Shown in pieces: positions 59,728-64,000 of a stretch of DNA of 64,000 bases; position 1 is the stretch's first letter, and every line of letters begins with the position of its first letter. The stretch is from Leptonemataceae bacterium (GTDB taxonomy: Bacteria > Spirochaetota > Leptospiria > Leptospirales > Leptonemataceae), in contig OZ245742.1 of NCBI GenBank assembly GCA_965227295.1, forward strand, positions 800,001 through 864,000, written 5' to 3'. A program made the translations under genes and the position numbers. The notes under the pieces are model-generated. The model was not told where the DNA came from. It ran no database searches and saw nothing but the letters and a program-made list of their open reading frames with translations.

Positions 59728-61782
59728 ATGCAACTCCGCGACTTCGCACAGCAACTGCTCTACGGCGACGACCTCGCCGACAAGCTCATCCACCCCGCTT
59801 CCTTCGAAGACGAAACGCCCGGCCACGCCCTCATCGAAGCGCCGCGCGCGCCCGGTCGACCACGCAATCTAAAGTTCGAAACAAACAAAGCTAAAAAGCA
59901 CGGCTACCGCCTCAAACAACTCGAACGCGCCGAGAACCGCGCCCATCTGCTGCATCACCTGGCGAACCACGAGCTGCTCGCCATTGAACTTATGGCGCTC
60001 ACCCTGCTGCGTTTTCCCGACGCCCCCGCAAGTTTTCGGCGAAGCATCGCGGCGAGCATCCTCGAAGAACAAAAACACCTGCGCCTGTATCGCTCGCGCA
60101 TGCGCAAACTCGGCTACGACTTCGGCGACTTGCCGGTGAACGATTTTTTCTGGAAGCATCTCCGCGACATGCAGTCGCCCGCGGATTACGCCGTACGCAT
60201 GGGGCTAACATTCGAGCAGGCAAACTTAGACTATGCCTCTCATTACCGGGAGGCCTTCGCGAAAATCGGCGACCGGGCGACGGCGGCGGTTCTGGAAATC
60301 GTGCTGCAAGATGAGATCGGTCACGTGAAAAACGGCGTCGTCTGGTTTGATCGCCTGCGCAAGGGCGAGGCGTCGCAGTGGCACGCGTACTGCGACGCAC
60401 TCCCGGAGAATCTCAGCCCGGTCCGTGCCCGGGGCCTCGGTTACAACGCGGAAGCCCGCCGCCTGGCCGGGATTTCCGCGGAGTTCATCCGCAAGCTGGA
60501 AGTCTTCGCGTACTCGAAGGGTCGGCCGCCGTCCGTGTTTTACTTTTATCCCGCGTGCGAAGACGACATCGCCCGGCCCGGCTCCGTTCCCTCCGCGGCC
60601 GTCCGCGATCTCACGCACGATCTCGCAACCCTGCCGTTGTTCCTCGCGGGACATGAGGACCTGGTCCTGCTTCCGGCAGACGTTCCACTTCCGAATATGG
60701 ACTGGCTGCGCGGCCTGCGTTCCGCCGGCTACGCGATTCCGGAGTTCGTACACAATCTTCCGCCGGACCGCAAACTCGGAGACCTCCTGCCCTGGGGCTG
60801 GTGTCCCACGGTACGCAAAACGTTCGCGCAGGCACTGCACAACGTCGTCGGGCATCGCGGCGAGGCGCTGCGCGCTCAAAATAACGATGAGCACGATGCG
60901 ATCTTCGCCAGGGACTTCGGACTAACCGTACTTCAAGAGTACTTAAACGAGCACGGCGACGCAGAGCTGTGTCCGCCGGAAGAGAGCGGCATTCGTTGCC
61001 GTTCGCTTCCGGAGATTCGCGCGGCATTGCGGGGTTTCGCAGCACCGTTGATTGTGAAAGCGGCCTACAGCGCGTCCGGTCGTCGCCGCGTCATCCTGCA
61101 CGACGACACGCTCCGCCCGCAAGACGAACGCACGCTGGAGAAACTACTCGCTCATTCCCGCAGTGTGATTGTCGAACCGTTCTTCGAACGAGTACTGGAT
61201 CTGTCGGCGCACGTCAGCATTGAATCTGAACAGGAGTCCTTTCGGATCGTCGAGCACGGCATCACGCGATTGTGGAACGACGAACGCGGCTCATACCTCG
61301 GTACGTTTTGCGGCAGCATCCTCGATGATCTCGACGACGACCTGCGTCGTTATGTTGCCGGCGAAAAACGAGGGCGGCACGGGGCCCTTTCCCGGCTGAC
61401 CGAGGCCGCGCGCCATGCCGGCCGCCGCCTCGGCGAAGCCGGCTATCGCGGTCCGGCGGGGATCGACGCCTTTGTGTATCGCAAAGAAAACCGACTCCGA
61501 CTGCGACCGATCGTCGAAATTAATCCGCGCTACACGATGGGTCGCACGGCTCTGGCCGCATCGCGGCGCGTCCGCCGGCATCGCACGTCCCTGTGGACCT
61601 TCGTTCATCCGGAGGACGCGGGTCGCGCCGGTGAAGACGTCCGGCTCGTGGACGGCCTCATCGATCACGGCGTGTTGGTCGCCGGCGACCGCAGGGCCGT
61701 CCGGCAACGCTGCCCCGTCCTGATCGTCGCGGATGATGTTGCGGCGTGCCGTAATTTACTGAGCTCCATCACCAGAAAATGA
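59728..61782 (+). CDS. DUF455 ferritin-like diiron domain fused to an ATP-grasp-like domain
   Basis: ANHELLAIE, EEQKH, FEQANLD, DEIGH; then VKA..SASGR, VEP, GY.GPAGID, VEINPRYTMG. Confidence 0.82.
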   Translation: MQLRDFAQQLLYGDDLADKLIHPASFEDETPGHALIEAPRAPGRPRNLKFETNKAKKHGYRLKQLERAENRAHLLHHLANHELLAIELMALTLLRFPDAPASFRRSIAASILEEQKHLRLYRSRMRKLGYDFGDLPVNDFFWKHLRDMQSPADYAVRMGLTFEQANLDYASHYREAFAKIGDRATAAVLEIVLQDEIGHVKNGVVWFDRLRKGEASQWHAYCDALPENLSPVRARGLGYNAEARRLAGISAEFIRKLEVFAYSKGRPPSVFYFYPACEDDIARPGSVPSAAVRDLTHDLATLPLFLAGHEDLVLLPADVPLPNMDWLRGLRSAGYAIPEFVHNLPPDRKLGDLLPWGWCPTVRKTFAQALHNVVGHRGEALRAQNNDEHDAIFARDFGLTVLQEYLNEHGDAELCPPEESGIRCRSLPEIRAALRGFAAPLIVKAAYSASGRRRVILHDDTLRPQDERTLEKLLAHSRSVIVEPFFERVLDLSAHVSIESEQESFRIVEHGITRLWNDERGSYLGTFCGSILDDLDDDLRRYVAGEKRGRHGALSRLTEAARHAGRRLGEAGYRGPAGIDAFVYRKENRLRLRPIVEINPRYTMGRTALAASRRVRRHRTSLWTFVHPEDAGRAGEDVRLVDGLIDHGVLVAGDRRAVRQRCPVLIVADDVAACRNLLSSITRK

Positions 61783-61850
61783 TCACACTCTTGCGATCCA
61801 GAATGGCTGCGAATCTGTTGCCCCCCGCTATGCGATAGTTAGAATCGACC

Positions 61851-63878
61851 ATGCGCGTATGTCGGGCCTGGATTCTATTGTGGGTATGCGTCGCATTGTC
61901 GTCCGGTTGCTCCGGCACAGCAGAGGACACCGCCCTTCTCTGCGAAATGGGAGACCTGGAATGGATCGCCAGGAAAGGCTGGGAAGATCGGGATCGCTTC
62001 GGAGATTTTTTCGGCGGAGATGTGCGAACGGTGGGCCGCTTTCCCCTGGCCTTGAATCACATCTTCCGTCCGGAGGCCGGTGACGGCGAGGTGGAGTACG
62101 CCCTCGCCGCAACGTTCGAACTCAACGCCGACGATCTCGACGGCCTCCGACCGGCCATTCTGATCCCCGGCATCGGTTCCGCGTGGCAGCTCTATCTCAA
62201 CGGTCGTTTGATTCGCGACGAACTGCCGCTGCATCCCGACGGCAGCCTGCGCGCGCACCGCACGCTGCAACACGTTTTCACCCCGCTAAACCGCGAAGAC
62301 TTGCGCACCGGCACGAACGTCGTGGTGTTCCGACTCCGCGGCGATCGACCGGCGCTGTCGTTTTTGCCGAACCGGGTGCCGGGTTTCTTTTTTCAGAGCG
62401 GCTACTTCCTGGGGGATGCGGACGCGCTCAAGCGAGACCTGAGCGAGTACGGCCTGGTGGCCATGCTCAGCGTGTACCTGCTGTTCGGCCTGTACCACCT
62501 GACCCTCTTTCGATTTCGGCAGAGCGAAGGTTACCTGCTCATGTACGGAACCTTCTGCGTGCTGGTCTTCGTGTACATGTTCACGCGATTGTCTGCGGTG
62601 CTGGAATCCTTTCCGGACACACGACCGCTCAATCGCCTGGAGTACATGGCGCTAATGTTTCTTCCCGGTACGTTTACGGCGTTTTTCCACATGTACTGGG
62701 GCGTCCCCCTGCCGCGCTGGCTCAAATGGTCCGTCTATTTCTGCGCCGCTCTCGCCTTAATCGTAGCTGTCGGGCCCATTGTGTTACTGCAATTCGTGGA
62801 AACCTGTTTTCGTTTCGTCGCCCTGGCAATGGCTCTCCACTGGCCGATTTTCATGTATCGACGCATTCGTGAAGGCCGGCCGCATGTCTATCAAACCGCC
62901 GCGGCCACGGCACTCTTCTTCGCCGCGGTCATGTTCGATCTTGTCAACCCGCTGATCGGTTACGTTACCATCCCGCCCCTTTTTCCGTACGGCTTCTTTG
63001 TTTTTACGATCTACATGGGCGTGCTGCTGGCCGTGCGTTTCGAAAATCTGTACCGGGATTCGGATCGATTGAATCGTGAGCTGGACGAAAAGAACCGCGC
63101 CGTGGAACGCACCGCCCAGGAAATGCGCGCGCTGAACCGTGATCTGGAAAACATCATCGAGGAACGCACCGAAGAACTCAAGCGCAGCTACGGCCGCCTC
63201 AACGAACTGGCCCTCAGCGAGGAACGCGCACGCATCTCCGCCGAACTGCACGACAACATGGGCGGCCACCTGGTGGACACCTCGATGCTGCTCGCGCGTT
63301 TATCGCCGGGAGAGACGCTACAGGGAGAACTCTTAATCGAGCTACGCCGGCAGATGCAGTACGCCATCCGCAGCTTTCGTGAAGGGCTGTCCCGGGTACA
63401 GGACGTCTCGCTTTTGAACCAGGACTTCACCGACGGCCTCGCGCTGATTCTATTGCGACGCTACAGTAACGCCGACCGCCAACTACGCTACGAAGCAGAC
63501 GACGGAGTTCGCGAAGTCCTGAGCCGACCGGAGTCCGAGGACATCCGTCGCATTCTGCTCGCGGTTTCCCGGGAAATCGCCACGAACGACCTGAAGTACG
63601 GCGAAGATCTATCCCGGTGGGATCTAAAGCTGGAATCCGGGGACGACGGGCAAATGGTCGTCCTCAGCGTACGCAGCCGAACCGTCTACGACGAACGCAT
63701 CCGGAACACGGCCGGTGACGGTGAAGGCATGGGGTCCCGCACGATCCAGGAGCGGGTCAGTTCGGCCGGTGGCACGGTGGAATGGTGTCTGGTGCAGCCA
63801 TCGACGGCTTTGGGGGCCGAGCACTTAACTTACTTTGAACTGAACTTACGGTTGCCCGTGAGCCGGCCCGCTTCCTGA
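61851..63878 (+). CDS. Membrane sensor histidine kinase (7TM-DISM-like input, HisKA_3)
   Basis: Periplasmic beta domain, about 7 TMs, coiled coil, ERARISAELHDNMG, TNDLKYG, GMG. Confidence 0.85.
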   Translation: MRVCRAWILLWVCVALSSGCSGTAEDTALLCEMGDLEWIARKGWEDRDRFGDFFGGDVRTVGRFPLALNHIFRPEAGDGEVEYALAATFELNADDLDGLRPAILIPGIGSAWQLYLNGRLIRDELPLHPDGSLRAHRTLQHVFTPLNREDLRTGTNVVVFRLRGDRPALSFLPNRVPGFFFQSGYFLGDADALKRDLSEYGLVAMLSVYLLFGLYHLTLFRFRQSEGYLLMYGTFCVLVFVYMFTRLSAVLESFPDTRPLNRLEYMALMFLPGTFTAFFHMYWGVPLPRWLKWSVYFCAALALIVAVGPIVLLQFVETCFRFVALAMALHWPIFMYRRIREGRPHVYQTAAATALFFAAVMFDLVNPLIGYVTIPPLFPYGFFVFTIYMGVLLAVRFENLYRDSDRLNRELDEKNRAVERTAQEMRALNRDLENIIEERTEELKRSYGRLNELALSEERARISAELHDNMGGHLVDTSMLLARLSPGETLQGELLIELRRQMQYAIRSFREGLSRVQDVSLLNQDFTDGLALILLRRYSNADRQLRYEADDGVREVLSRPESEDIRRILLAVSREIATNDLKYGEDLSRWDLKLESGDDGQMVVLSVRSRTVYDERIRNTAGDGEGMGSRTIQERVSSAGGTVEWCLVQPSTALGAEHLTYFELNLRLPVSRPAS

Positions 63879-63998
63879 TTGCGCGCGAATGCCCTGAATG
63901 CGCCGAAACAAACGCGAGAAACGTTCGCCGGCCACGTCGAAGCGCGGTGTTCGGCGGCGGAAACTCACGAACTCGCCGTTCTTTCCGGGAATCAACTC
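63846..63998 (-). CDS. Possible C-terminal end of a gene entering from the right edge
   Basis: Open frame ELIPGKNGEFVSFRRRTPRF...GQP-stop; too short to identify. Confidence 0.35.
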   Translation of the reverse strand, partial: ELIPGKNGEFVSFRRRTPRFDVAGERFSRLFRRIQGIRAQSGSGPAHGQP

Positions 63999-64000
63999 AA

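Overview
A GC-rich (roughly 60-65% by eye), gene-dense bacterial chromosomal window, most likely from a Leptospiraceae-type spirochete. That assignment is inferred from a LipL21-like lipoprotein, CheX, a membrane-anchored AraC regulator and a multi-TM MCP. It carries about 55 CDSs, including ribF, hemW, asd, serS, tatD, egtD, nagZ, a TRAP transporter, a Gld-like ABC system and a TonB receptor/PepSY iron-uptake pair. I saw no rRNA, tRNA, CRISPR array or intact transposase. The strongest novelty candidate is a compact five-gene cluster at 9.7-15.1 kb. It encodes a PrnC-like flavin halogenase, a double-hotdog thioesterase-like protein, a MoaD/ThiS sulfur carrier ending in Gly-Gly, an acyl-CoA-dehydrogenase-fold protein that appears to lack both canonical catalytic glutamates, and a divergent MoeZ-type ThiF-rhodanese activator. 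This looks like an undescribed pathway to a halogenated, sulfur-containing metabolite. The second candidate is a cheY-cheX-[ammonium transporter::HAMP::PAS::CheA-like kinase]-[pseudo-receiver adenylate cyclase] operon, a possible ammonium-sensing phosphorelay. Also present are a TldD next to a DUF455 diiron/ATP-grasp fusion, a dispersed family of small inverted-repeat elements, an ArsR lacking its HTH, and several gene relics. All product calls come from motif recognition by eye; no database searches were run.
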